This document shows positions 29,855 to 39,135 of a stretch of 64,000 nucleotides of DNA, one piece after another. The notes beneath the pieces were generated by a model. It saw only the letters and a list, made by a program, of their open reading frames with translations, was not told the DNA's origin and made no database searches. This DNA is from an uncultured Bacteroidota bacterium (GTDB lineage: Bacteria; Bacteroidota; Ignavibacteria; UBA10030; UBA6906). Within the stretch, counting starts at the first letter, position 1. Each line of letters opens with the position of its first letter. The DNA lies in NCBI GenBank assembly GCA_963700635.1, contig CAVOYH010000005.1, forward strand, positions 247,949 through 311,948. Direction: 5' to 3'. The position numbers were made by a program, and so were the translations under genes.

Positions 29855-30488
29855 GGATCACCGCTCATAGAGGAAGCCGCAGGTAGTCATCACACCGTGG
29901 AGTTTGTGCTATACGGTCGCGGTGTATCGAAACAACCTGCTGGTCAAGACGACATACTATGAGGTTGTTACAGACGGATCCATGGGTGCTTCTTCTCTCT
30001 GTCTCACCCTGGATGGCAATCGGGAGTATTCGTTTGGCGTTGACAACCGATTGATGGGCTTTGACAGCCGGCCGGTCGACGGCCAGGCCGAGCTGTACAT
30101 CAGAAGCTGGTGAGCTGAAAGAAAAGGCCTACGCTTTGCCGCTGACCAGCGCTTCGAAGACCGGACCATGACGAGTGAAGAAGAAGTGAGCCGTGCCTGG
30201 AGGAAGTCCCGGATTGTATCCTCCACCATCCCATCCGCGTATTTTGAGTCAGCGCAGAACATCCCCCCCCCCAGCTTCCATTCTCCTGAAGTACCACTCG
30301 CCCCACGTTTTATTCCGATAATCTGATTGGCTCTGTACGATTGTTGCCGAATTTCCGGCCATGACCCCGATTGGCCGGAATTACGGCAGGGTGACAGCGG
30401 CATGGAATCTCAAGGGGAACAGAGCCTGAACAGCTGGCGTTATACGGAGTATAACTCTACCCATCAAAACACATCGGAGCATGTCCTC

Positions 30489-31274
30489 ATGAATACTCGA
30501 TATAACGCGGCATTGATCGTGCTGCTACTATGGGCAGTGGGAAGCCAGGCTCAAACGTTCACGCCATCTCGTTTTGCAGGCACCTGGATGGGAAGCTGGA
30601 TCAACCAGACGTTTAACAGCAACGGACCGGCGAAGCTCGTCGTAACAGTGAATCCGGCCGATTCGACAATGCTGCTGATGCTCGACCTCGACGGGTTTGT
30701 CGGAGGAATGTTGGACCCGCCGGCATGGTTCGCAACGGGGAAGTACGACAACACCGGCATGCGCCTGGATTCCGTTGCTACGGAAGGCACCCTGTCGCTC
30801 CGATGGAAAAGCAACGACAGTGTCATGTGGTCTTTCACCAATATGACTTCCCCGGGATTTTCCTCTCAGACCGGGGCGGGAATGAGTACTGCTGATTCGA
30901 TCTCCCTCGACTACACCGTATTCTTCTCGCCGGCGGGAAGCGCAACGGGGATCACAAAACTCACAAAGGTCTCTACAACCTCCGCACAGGACCCAACGAT
31001 GGGTTTGCCATCCGGTTATGCCCTGTACGATAATTACCCGAATCCATTTAATCCATCCACGAACATCAGGTTCCTGACTCCGGATAACGACCGGGTGCGT
31101 ATTACGGTCCATGCCCTGTCAGGAGAAATCGTAGCGGTGCTCACCGACGGGCGTTTTGAAGCGGGTATGCATTCAGTGGTGTTCGACGGCACGGGGCTCT
31201 CCACCGGTGTGTACTTCTATCGCATGGCGACGCCCACGTTCAGCGCGACACGGAAGATGGCATTCGTGAAGTAG
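30489..31274 (+). CDS. Secreted protein with T9SS type A C-terminal domain
   Basis: Signal peptide, unknown beta-rich domain, DNYPNPFNPST..STGVYFYRM..RKMAFVK. Confidence 0.85.
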   Translation: MNTRYNAALIVLLLWAVGSQAQTFTPSRFAGTWMGSWINQTFNSNGPAKLVVTVNPADSTMLLMLDLDGFVGGMLDPPAWFATGKYDNTGMRLDSVATEGTLSLRWKSNDSVMWSFTNMTSPGFSSQTGAGMSTADSISLDYTVFFSPAGSATGITKLTKVSTTSAQDPTMGLPSGYALYDNYPNPFNPSTNIRFLTPDNDRVRITVHALSGEIVAVLTDGRFEAGMHSVVFDGTGLSTGVYFYRMATPTFSATRKMAFVK

Positions 31275-31277
31275 ATC

Positions 31278-32198
31278 TCATGCGCTGTTCATGCGCACGA
31301 CGTCAGTGATGCCGGCGATCGTATCGAATGAATCGTCGCGGAAAAAGCCGGCGATCAAACGGATCGTCACCCCGGTCTGTTCGAGATGGAAGAGGTGGTC
31401 GGCATTCCGGATGGTGGTGAACAATGAGTGTGGATGAAGGGCTGCGACGGCCCTTCCGGATGCCGGGGGGGTGAAGGTATCGAATTCCCCCGCAACGATG
31501 AGGATCCTGATGGAGGGATCGAGACCAATTTCCATCTCCGGATGATCCAGCAGGTGTTGCGCATTGACGAGGTAGTGAAAATGGTGGTCTTCAGGCAGCC
31601 GGACAAGTTGATTATACAGAAGGCGGCGCACGATAGGGAAACGTGGTATACGCTCTCTCTTGTTGCCGTTTTGAAGGAGACCGCACACGGTTTCGGCAAA
31701 AGCCTGCATGTTTCGGTTGCGCAGGTGGTCCATGCCGCACCGGATGGTTGCCCGGCTCTCGGGGGAAAGTGAGCGCGTCACACCGGCGAGCATCAGATGG
31801 CGCACGTGACGCGGATATTCCCGGGCAAATGCGTAACCAATTGCCGCGCCGTAAGAGGCGGAGATAACATCAATCTTCGCAACCCCTTCCCGCTCGAGGA
31901 TCGCTGCGGCACACCGGGCGAGTTGCTTCAGGTCAAACCTGCCGGCTGGTATGGGATCGGCGTCACCCGCCCCGGGGAGATCTGCAATAATAACCGGAGC
32001 TTCCCGGGCAAAGTGGTGAACATACTTGACCCAGGAGTCCATCGTCTGGAGGAAGCCGTTGAGTATGAACACGGCAGGACGCTGCGAACCAGGTGCATCA
32101 AAACGCCTGTACAGGAACCGGAACCCTTCGGCGTTGATAACCCGCGTTAGCCCATCGTTGAGTTGCATAGTTCCTCCTGCCGTATCCCCTGCCTCCAT
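31278..32198 (-). CDS. Alpha/beta hydrolase, RhlA/PhaG-like
   Basis: ILNGFLQT, DLPGAG, ISASYG nucleophile elbow, GEFDTFT and ADHLFHLE motifs. Confidence 0.8.
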   Translation of the reverse strand: MEAGDTAGGTMQLNDGLTRVINAEGFRFLYRRFDAPGSQRPAVFILNGFLQTMDSWVKYVHHFAREAPVIIADLPGAGDADPIPAGRFDLKQLARCAAAILEREGVAKIDVISASYGAAIGYAFAREYPRHVRHLMLAGVTRSLSPESRATIRCGMDHLRNRNMQAFAETVCGLLQNGNKRERIPRFPIVRRLLYNQLVRLPEDHHFHYLVNAQHLLDHPEMEIGLDPSIRILIVAGEFDTFTPPASGRAVAALHPHSLFTTIRNADHLFHLEQTGVTIRLIAGFFRDDSFDTIAGITDVVRMNSA

Positions 32199-32351
32199 AC
32201 CGTTTGGAGAACACCATTGTAGGCGCCACGGGTTTCAGGGGACCAATTGAAAAATATAAAACAGATTGAACACAAGCCAGGGCGCGGGACCAGGGGAATG
32301 CCACAGGGAAGGGTGGTATCGAACACCCTTCAAGGGAGCACCACCCGGGGG

Positions 32352-32410
32352 GATCAAAAAAGGGGGAGAGGGACCGCACGCCCAGTGCCGGCCTCTCTCC
32401 CTCTTGGATC
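32352..32410 (-). terminator. Intrinsic terminator
   Basis: Minus strand GAGGGAGAGAGG..GCAC/GTGC..CCCTCTCCCCC followed by TTTTTT. Confidence 0.7.
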
Positions 32411-32551
32411 TATGGTATGCCCAAAACGTTGGTATTGGCGCAACACGGACCGGGGATTACCATTTGAGATTCTCCCACCGTGATCGCCCCTCAACACCTA
32501 CGAATCGCCCAGGTTCATCACCAGGGTAGGTGCATCGTGACGGAGATTCCG

Positions 32552-32998
32552 TTACTTCCGCAGTTTTGGATGGTCAGAGTAGATTTCATCGGCATGATTT
32601 GAAAAGTACTTGCCGATCATCTGATTGTATTGCCTGCGTGCGGCCTGATCTGCCCAATACTTCTCAAAGAGCTCGTCATCCTTCTTGCCGGCTGCCTCGA
32701 TGCTTGCCCAGTCTTTGTACTCGTTTATAAAAACCATATCCAGACTGTTGGCGCCGTAGTAATGCCGCATGACTCTTTGGCTCAGAATGAGAGGATTCTT
32801 CATTGTGACCTGCTCGTGATAGAGCAGCAACAGCGAATCACGCTCTGCCATTCTCCCACCGTCAGGCATCCGCATGTGTTGTGTTGACGAGACGTAAATG
32901 TTCGTGGGCGCGGGTGCCTGTTCTTGCGCAGGGGCCGGGCTGGCCAGGAGCATGAGTGCTGCGCTTGCGAGCGCCAGGGGGATTGAAAGGTTCTTCAT
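32552..32998 (-). CDS. Hypothetical secreted protein (possible NIPSNAP-like alpha+beta barrel)
   Basis: SD GAGG, signal peptide MKNLSIPLAL..APAQ, HYYG..EYKDW..HADEIY motifs. Confidence 0.75.
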   Translation of the reverse strand: MKNLSIPLALASAALMLLASPAPAQEQAPAPTNIYVSSTQHMRMPDGGRMAERDSLLLLYHEQVTMKNPLILSQRVMRHYYGANSLDMVFINEYKDWASIEAAGKKDDELFEKYWADQAARRQYNQMIGKYFSNHADEIYSDHPKLRK

Positions 32999-33087
32999 AT
33001 GTGCCTCTTTGTAATGAGTGATTGTTATGTTGCTATTGTGCCTAATTGTTTTCACGTGCCGAAACCCGAGCGCGCCCGGCCGGGCCA

Positions 33088-33576
33088 CTAGTGCCCGCTC
33101 AGCCACTGCTCGAAGCTTGTGTTGATTTCGCCCTCGCGATAAGTCCAGTCGGGTCGTAGGCGCAATCCGCTGTGGTCTCTCCAGATAAAATCAATCGCCT
33201 CGGCCGACTCGTGTGCATCGCTAACGCGAAGTACGTGTAACGGTTTGTTCTGGACCACCGTCTCTCTTACTTCACACGTTATTTTCTGGTGCAGCAACGC
33301 ATTGCGGATGATGTCCGCCTGACGGGGATCAAATGTCGCCCAGACGCTGCCGTCAGAACCTGTCGGATACCCTTTGGGGTCAAGGTCAAGGCCGCTGACT
33401 GAATGGAGCTTTTGCACTTTTGCCACCTCCATGTTCATCAACGCAATCGCGGGATTACTCGCATGCGTGATTCCATCAGTTTGGTGTGCTCTCGAGGTGT
33501 GGGTCCAGGATCTTACGCGTGAACTCTTAGCCAAGCTCGCAAAAAATATGAGAATATTCTTGTAGTTATCACGCAT
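33088..33576 (-). CDS. Hypothetical protein; start uncertain
   Basis: Protein-like C-terminal 115 aa (WATFD, DFIWR, LRPDW) fills the gap between co-oriented genes. Confidence 0.65.
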   Translation of the reverse strand: MRDNYKNILIFFASLAKSSRVRSWTHTSRAHQTDGITHASNPAIALMNMEVAKVQKLHSVSGLDLDPKGYPTGSDGSVWATFDPRQADIIRNALLHQKITCEVRETVVQNKPLHVLRVSDAHESAEAIDFIWRDHSGLRLRPDWTYREGEINTSFEQWLSGH

Positions 33577-33675
33577 TTGTCAGGATATTTGGGTCAGATT
33601 CGAGGAATCTACGAAGCAAGGTTAAGGCTGGGGGGCAGGTCAAGGGTGAGAAGTACGTGGATTTGGCTCTAAAGC

Positions 33676-36600
33676 CTATGGCTTCCGGTACGCTGAGGGG
33701 GTCTGGCCGAACTGCTTTTTGAACGCCCGGGAAAAATGGGCCTGGTCGGAGAAGCCGAGTCTGTACGATATCTCGGCCACCGAGCCGGCGTTCTGCTTGA
33801 GAAGGTCCGCTGCACGCTGCAGGCGCAGGGAACGGATGAGCTCGCCAGAGGGTTGCCCAACCAGAGCGTTCAGCTTCCGGTTCAGTTGAGAAATACTCAT
33901 GCTCGCATCCCGCGCCAGCTCTTCCACTCCGAACTTCTCATCTTCAAAATGGGCCTCGATGCACTTGATGACCCTTTCGAGAAACGCCTTGTCGATTGAT
34001 GTGGCGGCGATCTCGGAGGGTTTGATGATCGTTGCCGTGCTGTACCGTTTTCGCAACTCCTCGCGCCGTGCGATGAGGTTCCTGACCTGGGCCCGCAACT
34101 CTTTCGCGCTGAACGGCTTTGTCAGGTAGAGGTCAACGCCCCGTTCGAGGCCTTCAATCCTGTCGTCCAGTCCGGCCCGCGCAGTTAGCATGACAACCGG
34201 GATGTGGCTCGTCTTTGTGTCACCGCGGATCAGTCTGGTGAACTCGTAACCATCAACACCCGGCATCATCAGGTCTGTGACGATAAGGTCTGGAATTCCC
34301 TCCTGTGCTTTCGCCACGCCGTCTGAACCGTTCACCGCTTCGACGATCGTGTAGAGGTCTTCGAGCTGTTCCCGGATGTACGCGCAGACATCTGCATTGT
34401 CCTCCACAATCAGGATCACTTCACCGCTGCTGGCATCGCCGGGGAGGTGTGCGGCGCCTTCCTGCTCATCAGGAGGAACTCCCGGCACCGCTACGGCCCC
34501 CGATGAGACCGCAGGCGCTTCACCAGCATGTGTTGCCTGAAGTTTCGGAAGACGAACAACAAATGTTGTCCCAACCCCCTCCTCGCTCGTGACGGTAATC
34601 GATCCACCATGTAATTCCACAAGTTCTTTTGCCAGTGCAAGACCGATTCCGGTCCCTTCGTGGACCGTGGTTCCGGCATTCCCGGCCTGATAGAACCGGT
34701 CAAAGATATGAGGGATCTCACGTTGAGAAATGCCGATGCCGGAGTCGCGCACGACTATCTGGACGAAATCTCCGCCCGGCGGCGTCACCTCCACGCGTAT
34801 TGTGATCTTCCCGCCACGAGGGGTGAATTTTAAAGCGTTGGAGAGCAGATTGTAGAAGATCTTCTCCATCTTGTCCTGTTCGAATACGACGAGTATCCTG
34901 TCCGCTTCAGACTCGAACGTCAGCGCTATAGCACGTTGTTGTGCAAGCGATTCGAAGGCGGATGCGATATTTTTAAGGAATGACACCACATTCTGCGACT
35001 CTGCCCGGAGTTCCATCCCGCCCGCTTCGATCTTGGATAGGTCCAGCAGCTGGTTGATGAGATTCAAGAGCCGTCCTGCATTCCTGAGCGCGACCTGGAG
35101 TTTCCCTTTTTCTTTCGGGTCAATCCCGGAGGACATCACACTGTCAATCTGCCCCAGGATGAGTGTCAGCGGTGTGCGGAACTCGTGCGAAATGTTTGCG
35201 AAAAACCTGGACTTTACCTGGTCCAGCTTCTTCAGGTTTTTTGCGTCTAATTGCTCGATCTGCAGTTGGTTCTTCAGTCGGAGACGGTTCATCTCATACC
35301 GGCGTAGCGAATAGAGAAGCGCGACCACCAAAAACGCGTAGAGTCCGTACGCCCACCAGGTTCTCCATGCGGATGGCCGCATCGTCACTGCGAGGGAGGT
35401 CCCCACCTCATTCCAGACACCATCGTTGTTTGAGCCTTTCACACGAAAGACATATTCCCCCGGAGGAAGATTGGTGTAGGTTACCGAGCGGTTCTTTCCC
35501 GCGTAAACCCAGTCCGGGTTGAATGGTTCCAGTATGTATGAATACTGGTTTTTTTCGGGCGACGAGAATGCAAGCGCAGCGAATTCGAACGTGATACTAT
35601 TCACGCCCGGACCAAGGGTGACGGACGTAGTTTCTGTGATGTGCTTTGTAAGGACGGGGTTTGTGTCCCTGGTGGATATCTCACGGTTATCGAGCTTCAG
35701 CCCGGTCAGGACAATCTGCGGAATGTGTATGTTGTCTTTGACGGAATCCGGATGGAAATAGTTGAGACCGTTGATGCCACCGAAGAACATCTCGCCGCTG
35801 GAGCTCCGGAAGTATGCTCCCGTATTGAATTCATTGCTCTGCAACCCGTCCCGTACATCGAAGTTCCTGAAGGTCCCAAGCTCGGCGTCGAAACGGGACA
35901 GCCCCTTGTTTGTGCTCAACCACAAACGGCCCCTGTTGTCAGGGAGTATACCGTACACGACGTTGTTCGGCAATCCATCCGCGTCGGTAAAATGGGTGAA
36001 ATGGCCCGTCGCCCTGTCGAGACGATTCAGCCCTCCACCCGCGGTCCCGATCCAGAGCACGCTGTCAGGCTTCCGGGGATCGGGGCAGATAGACTTTACC
36101 CAGTTGTTGCTGATGCTTGCTTTATCGTGCGGGATGGTCCGAAATTCTACAAACGTCCCGGTGCCCGGGCTGAACCGGAGTAATCCGTCTTCTGTCCCGA
36201 TCCAGATCTGCCCCTGGCGATCTTGCCAGAGCACCGGCCGGGGCTGCTCCTTGGGAGGCGTGCGACGATACCGTACATGTTTGAATCGGCCTTCCTCGGC
36301 ATTGACGAGTTTGCTGAGGTAATTGGCCGTCATGACCCAGATTGTGCCGCTACGATCTTCAAAAACCGTCCTGACTTCTTTTTCGCGGAGACTTGAAGAA
36401 TCTGCGGGATCAGAAACGTATTGACGGGTACTCCCTGTTCGGGGAGAATACCGGAACAGTCCCTGTGAAGTGGCAAACCACATCTCGCCCGTCGGGGACT
36501 GGATCATTGACCAGCTCCCGGTGTTCCCGAAGTCGTCGGGCCGGTCGGAGGTCGTCTCGAAACTTTTCCACTTCCCGGTTTTGCGGGTCCATTTGTACAG

Positions 36601-37848
36601 GACGTCAGTGCTCATCCATACATCGCCCGCCAGGTCTTCCAGAACAGACCGGACACTGAACCCCGCAACGCGCGATGTCGCGTCGCGTTGTCGTACGAGC
36701 ATGGCAAAACGCGTTGCGTTGGGATCGTACGTATCAATGCCCGCTCCACCGGTACCGAACCAGAGCATGCCCGTGCGATCCTGCCACGCGCTCAGGATCG
36801 TGTTGTAGCCGATGCTCCGGTTATCCGACGGGTCATTGCGGAAATAGTCGTAGGTCAATGTGGGGACATCGAACCTCATAAGTTCGCCGGGTGTGCAGAG
36901 CCAAAGCCGGCCCGTGCGGTCTTCGAGAATCCGCGTTATGGTTCCCCACCCGAAGCGGGAGATCGCGTTGTGATGCGGGAAGAGTGTGTACGTCCCGTCC
37001 GTCTGTTCAAATCTGACGAGACCACTGGGGGTGCCAAGCCAGAGAAGACCGTCGCTGCTTTCGTGAACCGCCGTGATCGCATTGTCACCGTCAAAGGCTG
37101 GAGCGCGGGGATCTTTGGTCACGATGTGAAAGTGGTCGAAGCTATCGTCGCCGGGACGAAAACGATCCAGTCCACGCCCCGTCCCGAGCCAGACTGCCCC
37201 CTTCGAGTCGACAAGCAGTGCTCTCGCGGTGGTGTGACTGAGACTGCCCGGCGTACGCGGATTATGGACATACTGCCGTATACGCATTGCCCCGGCCGTC
37301 CCATGCGGGCTCTGGATTCTAAAGACACCGTCGCCGTCCGTTGCGATCCAGAGTGCGCCGGTCGCATCTTCGGCTATCGACTGGATCTTTCCGGGTTCCT
37401 GGCTCTGCGCCGAATCGGCGAAGAGCGGCACCCGTTGAAACCGGTCATGGTCCCTATGGAAGAGGTTCAGCCCGGCATCCAATGTTCCGGCCCAGATAAA
37501 CCCCCTGCTGTCTTCAAACAACGCTGTTACATAACTGGAAGAAAGGGAAGTCGAGTCGAATGAATTGTGCTGGTACACGGTAAAGGAGTAACCATCGTAC
37601 CGGTTGAGCCCATCTTTCGTCCCGAACCACATGAATCCCTTCTGGTCCTGGAGAATGGCAAACACGGCATTCTGGGAAAGGCCCTCGTTGATTGTCAGAT
37701 GGTGGAAAGAAACGTCCTGCGTCTGGGCGAGCGCGGGGAGGACGACCACAAGGAGTAGCAGAGTGGTAATTCTCGTTCTTCGAAGGAATGCCATCATGCG
37801 GGATATGTTACATTCGCTGGGAGAATTCTCACGGGACTGAGCCTGCAT
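33676..37848 (-). CDS. Hybrid two-component sensor kinase/response regulator with AraC output domain
   Basis: Beta-propeller repeats (GFMWFGTKDGLNRYDG), Y_Y_Y domain, ISHEFRTPL, NLLSNA, GTGIGL, DLMMP receiver and AraC HTH (GFSDQAHFSRAFKK). Confidence 0.96.
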   Translation of the reverse strand: MQAQSRENSPSECNISRMMAFLRRTRITTLLLLVVVLPALAQTQDVSFHHLTINEGLSQNAVFAILQDQKGFMWFGTKDGLNRYDGYSFTVYQHNSFDSTSLSSSYVTALFEDSRGFIWAGTLDAGLNLFHRDHDRFQRVPLFADSAQSQEPGKIQSIAEDATGALWIATDGDGVFRIQSPHGTAGAMRIRQYVHNPRTPGSLSHTTARALLVDSKGAVWLGTGRGLDRFRPGDDSFDHFHIVTKDPRAPAFDGDNAITAVHESSDGLLWLGTPSGLVRFEQTDGTYTLFPHHNAISRFGWGTITRILEDRTGRLWLCTPGELMRFDVPTLTYDYFRNDPSDNRSIGYNTILSAWQDRTGMLWFGTGGAGIDTYDPNATRFAMLVRQRDATSRVAGFSVRSVLEDLAGDVWMSTDVLYKWTRKTGKWKSFETTSDRPDDFGNTGSWSMIQSPTGEMWFATSQGLFRYSPRTGSTRQYVSDPADSSSLREKEVRTVFEDRSGTIWVMTANYLSKLVNAEEGRFKHVRYRRTPPKEQPRPVLWQDRQGQIWIGTEDGLLRFSPGTGTFVEFRTIPHDKASISNNWVKSICPDPRKPDSVLWIGTAGGGLNRLDRATGHFTHFTDADGLPNNVVYGILPDNRGRLWLSTNKGLSRFDAELGTFRNFDVRDGLQSNEFNTGAYFRSSSGEMFFGGINGLNYFHPDSVKDNIHIPQIVLTGLKLDNREISTRDTNPVLTKHITETTSVTLGPGVNSITFEFAALAFSSPEKNQYSYILEPFNPDWVYAGKNRSVTYTNLPPGEYVFRVKGSNNDGVWNEVGTSLAVTMRPSAWRTWWAYGLYAFLVVALLYSLRRYEMNRLRLKNQLQIEQLDAKNLKKLDQVKSRFFANISHEFRTPLTLILGQIDSVMSSGIDPKEKGKLQVALRNAGRLLNLINQLLDLSKIEAGGMELRAESQNVVSFLKNIASAFESLAQQRAIALTFESEADRILVVFEQDKMEKIFYNLLSNALKFTPRGGKITIRVEVTPPGGDFVQIVVRDSGIGISQREIPHIFDRFYQAGNAGTTVHEGTGIGLALAKELVELHGGSITVTSEEGVGTTFVVRLPKLQATHAGEAPAVSSGAVAVPGVPPDEQEGAAHLPGDASSGEVILIVEDNADVCAYIREQLEDLYTIVEAVNGSDGVAKAQEGIPDLIVTDLMMPGVDGYEFTRLIRGDTKTSHIPVVMLTARAGLDDRIEGLERGVDLYLTKPFSAKELRAQVRNLIARREELRKRYSTATIIKPSEIAATSIDKAFLERVIKCIEAHFEDEKFGVEELARDASMSISQLNRKLNALVGQPSGELIRSLRLQRAADLLKQNAGSVAEISYRLGFSDQAHFSRAFKKQFGQTPSAYRKP

Positions 37849-37952
37849 TAGAACGCTAAATATACAGAAATGGGGGGCAACAAGAAACCGGAAAGAGGTG
37901 TCGATTCGGAGCGGGCCGGAACCATTGTGGCGGAGCTTTCGTTAAGAGAAGT

Positions 37953-38387
37953 GTGAGATTCCTTGATCAACATATCCTGTCCATGGGACGCCTTTTCATT
38001 CTAGTATTCTTCCTGGCCGCAAGTGGATTTACAGTGGTTCTCCACCACTGTACAGAGCAGGAGCAGGCGTGTTGCCCCACGTCAGATCATGGGTCATGTG
38101 CCTGCGCCATGACGGATCCGTCACAATCCAGCGACACACCATCGGTCTACGCTGGAGATTGTTGTGATTCCGTTCTTATTGCTGGTGGCCTGAAAATCGA
38201 CGATATGGTTGTCGAGGAAGAGTCAGCCACGCGTGTGGTCAAACCGGAGCTCGTCAAAACTCTCACCGCAGGTTCCCTGTCATTGACCCTGGCTCCCATG
38301 AGGATTCCCCATTCATGGATTACTTCGTTTAACATCGCTCCGCCTACGGTGGAGACGTATGTCCTCAACTCTACATTCCTGATCTGA
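37953..38387 (+). CDS. HYC_CC_PP-like Cys-rich protein associated with metal loci
   Basis: TM followed by HHC..CC..CAC..DCC and C-terminal APP..YVLNSTFLI. Confidence 0.7.
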   Translation: MRFLDQHILSMGRLFILVFFLAASGFTVVLHHCTEQEQACCPTSDHGSCACAMTDPSQSSDTPSVYAGDCCDSVLIAGGLKIDDMVVEEESATRVVKPELVKTLTAGSLSLTLAPMRIPHSWITSFNIAPPTVETYVLNSTFLI

Positions 38388-38675
38388 GCATTCTCTTTCT
38401 CCCTTTTCGTGGTTCTCAACATGGCATTGCATCGTCCGGCACCGGGACATGCAAATGCTCAGCGTCACCTCGATAGTCTCATTGCAAAAGCGCTGCAAAA
38501 CAATCGTCGGCTCTGGGCTGCATTTGAGGACGGAAAGCAGAGGGAATGATGCAAGGATTACAACACCTGAAAGACCCGATTCATCAAGGTGCAGTTTAGC
38601 GTGTACGACTGATCACGCAGAATTGGAACGGAAATACACTTATTGCCATTATCAAACACAAAGGAGCAAAGAAAC

Positions 38676-39104
38676 ATGAAACAACTCATAGTAGGAACAC
38701 TTGCCGTAGGACTGGCCCTTCTTTTCATCGCTGCATCACCGCAGGACGAGCAGAAGAAGGGGATGGATCAACACAGCCATTTGCAGATGATGGAGATGAT
38801 GAAGGACTCCTCCATGATGGATATGATGATGGAGCACATGGCCTCAGACGAGCACATGCGTGCGAGAATGATGCATAAGATGATGTCGCATGCCAAGTCC
38901 GATACCTCTTCCATGATGGAGATGTGCAACACCATGATGGGCGACAAGGACATGCATACGTGCATGATGAAGATGATGGACGGTGGAAAGAAGGCGCGCA
39001 CAGACAAGATGATGCATGGTAAGTCGTCGGATATGACCAAGGAGGCACAAAAGAAGACACAAAAGAAAATGTCTCACGGGGAACATCACGAAGACAAAAA
39101 GTAA
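38676..39104 (+). CDS. Met/His-rich exported protein, putative copper-binding
   Basis: SD AAGGAG, signal peptide, dense MM/MxxM runs, His-rich tail; directly upstream of the Cu ATPase. Confidence 0.8.
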   Translation: MKQLIVGTLAVGLALLFIAASPQDEQKKGMDQHSHLQMMEMMKDSSMMDMMMEHMASDEHMRARMMHKMMSHAKSDTSSMMEMCNTMMGDKDMHTCMMKMMDGGKKARTDKMMHGKSSDMTKEAQKKTQKKMSHGEHHEDKK

Positions 39105-39135
39105 ATATTCTTTGACAGCAGGATAAGGACTGGCG

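Noticed and set aside
29904-30113. 69-aa ORF after the lipoprotein
   Set aside because: No clear SD or motif; possibly a remnant, so not listed as a CDS
38390-38670. Metal-sensing riboswitch upstream of the copper genes
   Set aside because: No recognisable aptamer consensus or terminator could be identified by eye
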